Positions 33,471-44,729 of a stretch of DNA of 64,000 nucleotides are shown here, piece by piece. The DNA comes from Minutocellus sp. GHC0000111. Its lineage: Eukaryota. A model generated the notes under the pieces. The model ran no database searches. It was not told the origin of the DNA and saw nothing but the letters and a program-made list of their open reading frames with translations. Position 1 is the first letter of the stretch. Each line of letters starts with the position of its first letter. The stretch lies in the NCBI GenBank assembly GCA_977018835.1, contig OZ361258.1, forward strand, positions 2,976,001-3,040,000, read 5' to 3'. A program made the translations under genes and the position numbers.

Positions 33471-35144
33471 ATGTCATCTCGACGCCTCTTAGAGCAGGAA
33501 GGCCCCGTGATCTTTGGTGACCTCTCGGCATGTGGCAACTGCGGCAGGTCCTCTGCCGAACTTCATCGGTGCACGTGCTCGACTGTCTCATGATGACATC
33601 AGAGAAATGCCTAGATTTTTGGCAATAGATGCTTCAATGTTGCCCGTCCAACCAATTGACATTGCAATACCTGGAGCCAGAGCAATAGGTATTGCAATAT
33701 CCCAAGTGCTTCCAATAATTGTTATTGCAATATATTGCAATATATTGCAATATATTGCAATACAATATATTGTTCCCTTCCTTTGTTCAAGGCCCACAAG
33801 ACCATATGCAAGGAATTTGCGGCGGGACGGGTCACCTTATCGGACACACCATCGGCGGCACCTGCGTCTCAATCCGAATCAGCTGCTACTAGTAGGAATG
33901 GCACATGCGCGAGGGAAGTTCCAGAGACGGGAGGCGTAGCAATGACAACGACGGCCGTTGGAGGCTGTCCCAATGCCGCGAACAATCCTCTGCGGCACTA
34001 CGAGGCGCCCGATGAGCATCCTCCGTATGTCGTGCCCGACGTTACCTTCCAACGTGGGGAGTTTATTCTCCAATACAAGGATCGACGTCCCGGCCGGCCG
34101 CCCCTCATGGGACGGATGGATCCCGACGAGGATGGCGAAGCCAGTGCCGAAGATGGGAGGTTGTCCCAGCTCACTCTCCGTCTTGTTCCTTTCAATGAGG
34201 AGGCCATACAATACGAGGGTCATTATGTGCCCAAAATACCACCGCCAACCGAAATGATCGTGGCCAACGACGTCAAAGATGGAGGGCAAATGCCCAATCT
34301 GACCGAAAAGGAGACCATAGCCTGTCTGCTCAACGCGTACAATGTTCGGCATTACGTCCACAAAAGAGCCCAGGTGTCGTCCAAAGGCGGGCTTTTTGTC
34401 ATTGCCATCGAGTACGACGTCCGGCAGAGCGGTGAGCGGATGCGGTATGGAGAAAAATCTATCAACGAGGCGGCGCTGACATTGACCGTGACGCTGCGTT
34501 CGGATGGGTTGGAACCTGGATTTCCCAATGTTCATCGAAAATATTTTCTGTACTTTAGCGATGCCACAAATGAGGAGGAGCCGCCAGAGGTATCCTTCGA
34601 GCCAGCCGAGGAGTGGGTGGGCCACTCCATGGCAAGGCCAATGTGGTCCACCGTCCGTGGACTGTTGCCGCTGGGCATCGACTTTATCCTGGGCCATCCG
34701 TACTATTCGGCCATCATCCGCAAGGCCAAGAACATGGGGAAGAAGGTGGAGGTGAAGCTGTACGATACCAGCCCCGTCTTTAATGATCGGGGAGAGGCCA
34801 ACACGACAGATCTATCGGTTACAAGGATGATGTGCTACATCCAAGGCGTCTGTCAGAGCGAGGAGGATGGAGGGTATGGATATCGATTCAATTTGTGCCG
34901 ACTTCCCGATGGATATACTGGTCAAGAGGTGGATAAGGACCCTGAGTCGACGGTTGCCATAATGAGACGTCTCGAGGAAGAAGGAAAATTCGCTGGGCAG
35001 CCTTTGCTCGTAACCGACGAGGAAAAGTGCATGCCGAAAGAGACACATCCGATGGAATATTTTCGATTGGAACTGGAAAACTTCGGCATTGAATGGGACA
35101 GGGAACACGATGTGCAAACATTTGGGCGTACCGGTAGTTACTAG
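33471..35144 (+). pseudogene. MYND-type zinc-finger protein interrupted by a 177-bp insertion (33591-33767)
   Basis: CGNC...RCTCSTVS | insertion | YCS.....AHKTICK. Both halves are in one frame; the insert begins TGA TGA. Confidence 0.65.
33591..33767. repeat. Insertion with tandem palindromic TATTGCAATA units (probable transposon end)
   Basis: Tandem TATTGCAATA copies at 33723-33762 and related copies near 33660 and 33690. Confidence 0.65.
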
Positions 35145-35746
35145 CAACTGGATCTCTAACTGTAGCATTCTTTTTACTGCCAAAGCAAGTGAGAGTACGG
35201 ATCGTTGCATGCATTGCATGTCATGTAGAGTGAGTCTAGATCCTAGCTAGAGGAGACTACTAGAGCAATGTAATGAAATAATCATTATTGCACAATTTGA
35301 GCTGCGATGACCTTCGTTGCCTCTGAACCAAACAAATTCAATTGCACTGTCTCGTGGAAATCAAATCGAAACAAGGCCTTTTTTGTCCCGGTCATTTCAC
35401 TGACGCCACTTCGGCCTCTTGGATTTTTTCGACGAGGCCGTCTGACTTCTTGCCGAGGATCAGACGCCTGCAGGGCCACACATCACGACCCCTCGCAAAA
35501 CATCTGGCACTGACAAGTCATTTTTGATCGCAATCCGAACTTTCCCGCATGCCGCTTGCTTTCTCGAGAAGTGGCTCAAAGTTATAACCCGAGGTGCATT
35601 AATTTTGCACATGTAATCTCCTTGTTATCTCCTCTACTTTCTCCTCCGCCATCTTTCGACTTGACTTTCACGCCGATCCCCAAGAAACTTTCACACAAGT
35701 GCATACCACGCCACCCCATTTTTCACGACGCACTTCAACGTTCAGC

Positions 35747-38700
35747 ATGGCCTTTGTGAAGTCTACCATCATCCCCCTTGCCCTCCTTCTCCTCCTCATC
35801 CTCGTCCCGACCACCGTCGAGGCCAAGAAGAAGGGCAAGGCAGCCAAGTTTGCCATGCACGGCGATCATACCATCGACGTCAAGCCCTTTGACGACAATC
35901 CCAAGGAGTTCAACTGCCGCCTCCACGACAGCAAGCACGGCAAGGCCACCAAGGGCAACCCGCAGTACTGCGAGACGGCCGGCGGGGCTTCCATCATGGT
36001 CATTGAGAGTTATGACAACGATGACGACGAGGACGATGGCGACGACTATGATGCCACCAGCCGTCGGACTCGGATGCTCAAGGGTGGACCAAGGAGACCG
36101 AAGAAGTACGCCACTTCCATAATCGGTGAGACCAAAATTTCATTTCTTGGCGTTTCATAGGCCTCACATTGTTCGCTGTGGATGACCTCATTGATGACCT
36201 GGAATCTTGGGATCTAATATCACTCATACATGCATGAATCTGTCTATCTCTTTATCGTTATCATCTACAGATTCCGAGACCGGATTCACGTACTACATCG
36301 ATCAGGATGGGGAGGTTACTCAAACCCACACGTCCGAATTTCCTCCCGAGATGGAAGCACCGGACATTGCTGCAGCGTGCGACGGCAAAATCAACCAGGA
36401 TGTTCTTTCCGAGATGGAGGCCGGCACCTCACCTCCGGTGACGAAAGGCGGAAGCTGCGAGGTCATGCCGTCGCCAGCAGTAGCAATATCCCTCGTCATT
36501 CTACCTTCTTTCAGAACTTTCTTCCGGCAACTACCCTCGTTGACCAAGGTCCTGACACCCACGAGCAGACCCACCGTCGTCTCGACGACGGCCGGATCAT
36601 TGACATTATGGTCATTTGGACCCCAGAAGCTGAGGATGCCCAGGGCGGCGCCGACAAGGAGGTTTCCATTCGCAATGTCATCAACGGCGCCATTGAGTGG
36701 ACCAACCTCGCGTATGACAACAGCGGCATCGATACCATGCTCCGTCTCGTCCACGCCCAGAGGGCCGAGGGGTACGTCGAGAGTTCCGATTACTCCCAGA
36801 ACCTGTACAACCTCTCCCCCTGGCACAGCAGTTTCGACGGCTCGCTGTCCTGGGTCGAAGGTGTGCGGAACGAGTATGGTGCTGACTTTGTCGCCATGAT
36901 TGTTGATGGCGGTTCCTACTGCGGCATTGCTTGGTTGGGCCCATCTACCAGTTCTGTTTATTCCGTTACCTCCTGGGGATGCGCTGGCCCAAACCTATCG
37001 TTTGCCCACGAGTAAGTCAGGCGAAGTCCTCGACCTGGCCCTAATGCATGTGGCATCTACATACCTATGCTTTAATATGACCACGCGGCTTTGTGATTCT
37101 GCTCTATTGGTTATTTCAAAAGTTCCGGATCCTAATCTGACCATTCATCTCTCTCTCTCTTTCTCACACACTCGTAAATTTAACACTCTGTACCACCAGG
37201 GTCGGACACAACATGGGCTGCAACCACGACAAAGGAACAACAAACTCCTGCACTACTTCGAGCAGCAACTATGGATATCGCGATCCCAATGCACAGTACC
37301 GCTCTGTCCTGGCCTACAGCTGCACGTCCGGCCAATGCGACAATAACGCCGGTGGGGGGTGCACTCGGAAGGCCTTCTTCTCCAGGCCCGACATGTTGTT
37401 CGAAGGCAAGCCAATGGGATCTTCTGGTGGTGATACGGGCGTAACCGATAATGCCAAGCAAATCAACGCCAATCGAGTGACGATGGCCAACTATCGCCAA
37501 ACAGTTGTTGCCGACTGCCAAACGGATTCGGTTTGCAACGATGGAAACAGCTGCACCATCAACACTTGCGACGTCGTCTGCCAGACGGATCTTATACCTG
37601 GCTGCTGTGGAAACGGCATCTGCGAGGCTTCTGCCGGCGAGAACACCTCCAGCTGCAGCGAAGATTGCAGACTAGAGCTCATTACCACCATGGCCGGCGG
37701 CAATGGTCAGAAGGCCAATATGTTCAACATTGATGTGTCTGCAACGATCAAGATCAAAGTGTTCAATATCAACTGCGATGTTAATGCCGAAGGTGGTGGC
37801 AATACCGTCCGGCTCTGGCATAAAACCGGTATTCACGACACAGATATAACCAACTCTGGTGCCTGGACTTCGTTCTATGAATCGACTAGCCTTACGTGCA
37901 ATCCGACCGGGACTTTCACGCCCATTACACTTCCCACTCCTCTGACTCTTGAGGCTGGGCCTCACGCCTTTCTAGTCTACAACGAAAAGCAGCTTGACTA
38001 CACTAACGGGGGCTCCGAAGGATCTATCTACGAAGGCAGTGGCACTCATCCCGAGATCACATTTTACGAAGGCATCGGTAAGCCGGATGAATTCGGGACA
38101 ACTACATTTTCGCCTCGGATCTGGAACGGCAAGATCGAGTATTCTCTTGCCGATCTTGGGCCAACCGCGAGCCCGACCAAGGCCCCATCTGCTTCGCCAA
38201 CGGCAAGTCCGAGCAAGGCGCCATCTCCCAACCCGACAACATCAAGCCCGACGGAGAACCCAACGTCCTCACCGACGTCAGCTCCTACTCCTCCTGCACC
38301 TACAAAGGCTCCCAGCTCGTCTCCATCCCAACGTCCATCATCCCGGCCTTCTACCTCGCCAACGTCAGCACCAAGTACTCCAGTACCCACAAAAAGTCCC
38401 AGCGTACATCCAACTCAAAGTCCATCGTTTCGGCCTTCTGCCTCGCCGACACCGGTGCCTTCGAGCACCCCCTCATCTCCGCCAACCGATGTCAATGAGT
38501 GCCTCGTCGCTAATGGAGGATGCGATTCACTAACGACATGTACCAACATTCCCAATGGCCGTATCTGCGGTGACTGTCCTTCTGGGTATACTGGATCAGG
38601 CGAGGCAGGCTGTACCGACGAAAATGAGTGCACTGAGGGCACTAACAGTTGCCATATCAATGCCTTTTGCAAAAATACTCCTGGTGGTTACACTTGTACA

Positions 38701-40199
38701 TGCAACGCCGGCTACAGCGGCAATGGTGTTACCTGTACGGATAACAACGAATGTTCGGACGGCACTCATACTTGCGATACCAATGCGTCGTGTCAAAACA
38801 CACTGGGTACCTTCACTTGCGCCTGCAACGCTGGCTTCACGGGCGATGGGTATTCCTGCACCAACATCAACGAATGTAGCGGCGGCAATAATGGTGGATG
38901 TGATCCACTCACGTCGTGCATTGATACTCCTGGAAGCTATTATTGCACTCCCTGCCCATCGGGCTACACTGGAACCGGCGAGGCCGGATGTGTCGAGATC
39001 GTCTTTGCCTTTACGGATTCTAGCGAAGGCTTTATGTTACATCTCGGGCTTCCGTCGATCCTGATCCGGCTGCTGATTCCTGTTGGGGGTACTCGGCCGG
39101 TGACTCTGACGAATGCACTCGTGATATTCCACTCGGGGCGATGCTTCACAATTATATTTGGGCAGATTGGATGGTGGATCCCCTTGATAGAGACTTTCGC
39201 AAGGCCGAGTACGAGATCAAGGTGAATGGCGAGCGCAACAAAAATGTCTTGGTATTTGTCCCCGATGCCGTCAAGGGCAATAGCTATCAGCTTCACATCC
39301 CTCTCGATGAATTGAAACCTGTCCCCAAGGTTGGGGATACGGTGACGGTGAAACTCAAGATTGAATTGGACTCCGGGGCAAAGCTTCAGACTCAGAATAT
39401 GCCCTTGAATATTGTTGATCCACCACCCGAACCAACTTCAAGCCCAACGAAGGCGCCGAGTCCACTCCCTACCACCGGTGCTACTACGCAATTGCCTTCG
39501 GCATCGCCTAGTAAGGCACCCTCGACCTCACCGACTAAAGCCCCGAGTCCCCTACCAACTACCGGTGCTCCGACTGAAAGCCCAACACCTTCACCCACAA
39601 AGGCACCCTCTGCATCGCCGACCAAGTCACCAAGCCAATCTCCAACTACTGCTGCTCCCACGAAATCTCCTTCGGCTTCCCCTACGGCAGCTCCGGTAGC
39701 GACACCTTCTCCGACCAAGTGGCCAAGCCAGGCGCCGACTACGGCTGCCCCAACGACTTCGTGTACGTTGCCGACGGGCCCTGGCGCTGGAGAGTGGCTC
39801 ATCATCACCACCGACGGATGTACCGATGGCAAAGTATTCGATGTGAACGAGGACATCACCCTCATCTTCTACAGCGACGCCATAGAGCACTCATCCGTTG
39901 ATAAAATTGAGGTCGAGTTCAAGGTCAAGGGTGACAAGGACAGGAAGGCTAAGTGGAAGCTTGATAGCGCCGCCGATCTGAGCATCAGCGACCCGTCCTT
40001 CCCGCAGTTGCATCCGGATGGTACCTACCGCCTCACGATTCGCATGGGCGATATCGGACGCATTGGAGGTTGGGACGGAGGCGTTACTTCCGCACCCAAT
40101 GACCCCATCCGCTCGGGAGAGTGGACCATGTACAAGTTCAAAGTGGAGGATGCCGTCGCCCGGCACGATATCCAGCGCAGCGATCTCTTTGCTGCCTAG
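35747..40199 (+). CDS. Secreted M12B/reprolysin-like zinc metalloprotease with GNMF-type module, P/S/T stalks and four Ca-binding EGF repeats; introns 36126-36270 and 37012-37199; two apparent frameshifts
   Basis: Signal peptide; RRL propeptide end; IDIMVIWT, RNEYGAD.V, CGIAW; HE|VGHNMGCNHD restored across the intron; (D/N)xNEC EGF repeats. Frame changes near 36360-36440 and 39030. Confidence 0.85.
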
Positions 40200-40385
40200 C
40201 AAGAGTCGAAGAGATGGTGCCACGTGATAGTTTTATGGAATTAGAGTGATTCATTGATAAAATTTACCCAGATGTAAGAACCAGCAAAGCAACTATGGCA
40301 GATTTATCAAAACGGCTACTGACCTATTGCGCAGCTGAACCTCTAGCTAGCTAGAAGCAGGACGTCGAGTTACAATTGCAATCAT

Positions 40386-41578
40386 TTACGCAAAGCCCCC
40401 CAGGTCGTCTTCGCCATACTCTGCTACCATGTCGGCATCCGTCGCTATTTGCTTCATCTTGGCCTTTTTCCTCTTCATGATGGCAAGGGCCGACGATGAT
40501 GCCAATGACGATGATCCCGGCAGTCTTCTCTTCTTTTTGGTACTCGCCGCATCGAATGATGATTCTACTTTTGAAGATGAGGGATTTGCAGATGATGCCT
40601 CCTCCTCCTCGCCCTCCCCCCCAAAGGCAAGTCCGGCCGAGGCATACTCGACATCTTTCAGAGCGTTCATGTTGTTCGTTGCATTCGCGTGACCAGCACC
40701 AGTACCGGGTGTATCGGCAGACTTCTTTGCCTTTGCCGCTCGCAGCATCATGAGCCGGCCCAATCTCGCCTCGTACGCCGCCTGCTCCACCTCGGACGTG
40801 TCGACGGCTGCGGTGGTGGCGGTAGATGGCTGGTCTTTGGCATCGGTGCCAGCATTGGATTGTCCATTGGCATCCTGAACACCATCACCACCATCACCAT
40901 CGTCATCTGCAGACTCGCCAGTAGGCTTGGATGCCTCACCGGTATCTTGTTCTTCTACATCCTCGTCGTCATCTCCACCGCCGACCAGATCCTCAAATTC
41001 CTTCCAGGTATCGTCATCGACCATGGCATCTACCGATGACTTCTTGGCGGAGTCCCCAGTTGCCTCTGGAGCCGCTACCTCTGCTGGTGGTGGTGGTTGA
41101 TGTACCACCTCCTCGGCCGTTTCCAGTGCCACGGACGCAGCCGCCGATGCAATGTCTGCGCTGGGAGCCGAAGCAGAACGAGCCGCCGAGGCTGGTGCAG
41201 GTGCCGAGGCAACCGTCGGACCTTTGCTGGTATTGATATTTGCATGTGCCTCTTCCTCGTCGCTGCTGCTATCGTACCCGCCGAGCAGATTGGCCAGCCC
41301 ACCTCCATTATTGTCGCTGCTGTCGTCGCCGTCATCGTCCTTTGCGGCAACTGGCGCTGGAGCGGCGCTGTACTTGGACTTTTTGAGCACCCCCTGCTTG
41401 GTTGTGCCGGTACCGCCGAGGCCGAGGGCGGTGCTTGTGCTTGTGCTGCACGATGTGCCGGGCCGGTCGCCTGATGATGGTTCTGCGCCGAGGCCTGCCG
41501 CTGCTGCTCGGCCTTCATCATCTGGCGGAGGGCGGCCTTCCGGGCCGCCGCCGAGGAGGCAGACGAAGCCTTCTTCAT
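40386..41578 (-). CDS. Low-complexity acidic/basic hypothetical protein; one frameshift at a G5 run (41390-41394)
   Basis: MKKASS...RKAALRQMMK joins GVLKKSKYS...LLGGYDSSSDEE...EVEQAAYEARL if one G is added. Confidence 0.6.
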
Positions 41579-41796
41579 GGTTGCAAAAAATGACATGAGG
41601 CGAGCGGCGACCGTGTGCGGTCACACTTGAGTCGAACGAGTCATCTGTCGCTCTACCTTTCGGGCTCTCACCAAGAGGCTGACTGGAAAAAGAAGCAACT
41701 AAACTCTAGCCATAGAGTCGATTGTAACAATAGCAAGCAAGGAATTGATTTTACCGGTACTTAGATGCTTCGCCGACATCTTCTTCTTCGTTCTCG

Positions 41797-43066
41797 TCAT
41801 CTCCACCACAGACCAGATGCCATTTGGGCATGTTGCGTAACCATTGGATGCTGGTAGACGGGGGCTTGAACCTGCGCGTACATTGGAGCCACTGCGTTAT
41901 GCATGTATTGCTGTTGAGGAAGCGGTGGATTCTCAATTTCCCGAAGCCACTCTTGGGCCTTTTCCTTGTAATGAGCATCAATGTGATTATGATCGCAGTC
42001 GGCCATCTTTTGTAGCCATTTCTTTGCCTTGGAATAATTCTTTTGCATTCCAACGCCACTTCCACTGCCGATATTCCCCTTGTAGTAAATCTCACCAAGG
42101 CAATAACACGCAAAGTTGGATCCCTTTTCGGCCGCAGAATAGAGAAGATAAATGCCCTCGGGAACATCATACGCAATCCCATTTCCTACCTTGTTCCATA
42201 CCATGAAGCTACCGGCCAAGGCCATCCCTTTAGCATTGCCAGCATTCGATGACTTCATGTACCATCTGAAAGCATCCGCATAGCTCTGTTCAAGTCCACG
42301 CAATCCATTATGATACCACATACCAATGATATACATCGCCTCGGCGTCGCCTCCCTCTGCGCTTACTTTCTTTTCTCTTATCGCTCGTTTATTTTTGATA
42401 TCTTTCACCTTTTTCTTTGCCAGTTCGTCGCCATTTTCGGACGCCTTTTTGTACCATTTGCATGCTTCCTCCTCATTCTGAGGCAGGTCCTTTTCCCCAT
42501 TCAAATGCCAGTTACCAAGCGTGTGCATAGCAACCACATCTCCTCCTTCGGCTTTCTTCTTGAGATCCGCAACAGCACACCGATTCTTCCAAGTTTCGGC
42601 AAGCTCACCGTCGATTGCTCCGCTATTGACGAGGTGCTCGATAGTATTTCGAACGCGTACTGACGGAAATAGTTTCTTGCCTATTTTCTTTTGGGTGACA
42701 GGGGAAATCAAGCGTTTCCTTCCCTGAGATCTGATGTATTTCTCAATCTCCTCCCTCTCATACACTTGTCCCTGAGATTGTAAGATGAAGAGTAAGAAGA
42801 ATTGAATGATGATGACATCATTTTTTCATCCACATGCACATCTAAAATAGAATTCTTATACGAGTTACATTGCGTCTACTCACATCTTCGGCTGTAACCG
42901 GATCGATTGGAAGGTTGTGGGAGATGGGACAAACGAACTCGTCTGCGATCTTCGAGCCAACCGACTGCTTGGCACGCTTTGCTTGCCGATCTTGCTCTTC
43001 AACATTTTCATCAGCGCCATTAACGCTATCCTGGGCAATCTGGGCCCTTGTTGTTTTCTTTGGCAT
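41797..43066 (-). CDS. U-box plus Sel1-repeat protein (putative E3 ligase); intron 42772-42883
   Basis: EFVCPIS..LPIDPVTAED|GQVYER..IE.Y...SPVT; AM..LG.W...G......A.KWY.KA Sel1 repeats. Confidence 0.92.
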
Positions 43067-43438
43067 GATGTCGGGGCTAATTGCCAACTTCACAAAGCAA
43101 CTGTGTTATCAAGGGAGGCACTTGGTGTTATCTGACTTGACTTCTGTCTGATGACTGCTTGAGACGAAGGGAATTTGGATTTGACGGTTGATACGCTTTG
43201 AGATGACTTGTTCGACTCGATCAAAATCGTCTTTCCGTCACCTCCTTCCCCTGAAGTGGACTCGCTCGACTCCCTCCAACCGCATAAATCTTGGTGCTTC
43301 CACCAGCGAGCCGCACGAAGATCCACCACGTCTTTATCGGGTTACGGAAGCGGCTCGGCTCTCGTTGCATTCTCATTTTCCTGCTCAGCAGCAGCCAATC
43401 AAACCCCATTCGGTCTCCACAACCATCCAAAGCCAGCC

Positions 43439-44370
43439 ATGTCGGAATCCAAGCCCAAGTGCGTCCTCGCCTACTCCGGCGGCCTCGACACCTCCGTCGT
43501 CCTCACCTGGCTCTGCGAGAAGGGATTCGACGTCATCGCCTTCTGCGCCGACGTCGGACAGCACCACGAGGACTTTGAGGCCGTCAAGGCCAAGGCCGTC
43601 ACGTGCGGCGCCATCAAGTGCGTCGTCACCGACCTTCGCAAGGGTGCGTAGCTCAATAAAAATGTGAAGTTTATGATGTGATGGGTGTATCTTGTGCTGG
43701 AAAATGTGACGGGGAGAGGCGTGCGGGACCGCCAATCATCGCCAGAAGTTCCAGTTTGTGCCGGAACAATTGCATTTGCAATTGCACGGCCCCAACTCGT
43801 CAATTATGCAATTGCACCGATGCTTGTTTGCAGAACATAATTCATCTTTGCATGTATTTATCAAGCATAATGTTGGGAGCTGTTCCAGCATGTTTCGAAG
43901 AAGACATGGTGGAATCGCATGTAGCCTGCACAAGATATGCATGAAATGCAATTGCAGAGCCGCAATTGCACAATGTCTATATCTTCTCCGATGGAAATTC
44001 TCACCAAATTATTCATCTTATCCATATATTTCCCAATACAGAGTTCGTCACCGACTACGTCTTCGAGGCCGTCAAGTGCAACGCCATTTACGAGTCTCGC
44101 TACCTGCTCGGTACCTCCATCGCCCGTCCCTGCATCGCCAAGGAGATGGTCCGCATCGCCAACGAGGAGGGTGCTACCTACCTCGCCCATGGCGCCACCG
44201 GCAAGGGCAACGACCAGGTCCGTTTCGAGATGTGCGCCCAGGCCCTCATGCCCCAGGCCCAGATGATCGCCCCCTGGCGTGACGCCGAGTTCATCGAGAG
44301 CTTCAAGGGACGCAAGGACCTCCTCGCCTACTGCGAGAAGCACAACATCCCCGTCGATGCCAAGGGATGA
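43439..44370 (+). pseudogene. ASS1: Argininosuccinate synthase, 5' portion only (intron 43644-44041), truncated after IPVDAK
   Basis: [49 protein letters not shown]. Ends GGA TGA TAA with no donor; the downstream YSxDxN motif was not found. Confidence 0.85.
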
Positions 44371-44729
44371 TAAGTCTTATGAGGGCGTCATTTTTGATCT
44401 TGTAGAAGTATGTGGCGGTGAGTACAATATTTATTACAGGGGCGGCTACGGAGCTCGCCTGGTCTCCTGAGATTCCCATGCGCCCATCGTTCCTACTTGC
44501 AACTGAAAGTAAAGGATTTGTCTTATTCTAATATTTTTAAACTACTTGTCACTTGAGTTCCACCAACGAATTTTCATACATCAATTCTTGGCCATAGAGA
44601 TGAAACGGAATATTTACTCGCTGGGAAGTGCTTTGCGGATGCCAGCAAAAAGGGTCTTTGCAAGGCCTGATACTTCTGCAAGGCCCTCTTCAGTTGGAAC
44701 GAACGAACGGACATGATCAAGTGTGCGCT

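Noticed and set aside
36438..36514. Possible small intron fixing the first protease frameshift
   Set aside because: Phase-compatible, but it would delete the coding-like RRKLRG propeptide motif; an upstream indel seems more likely, though unresolved.
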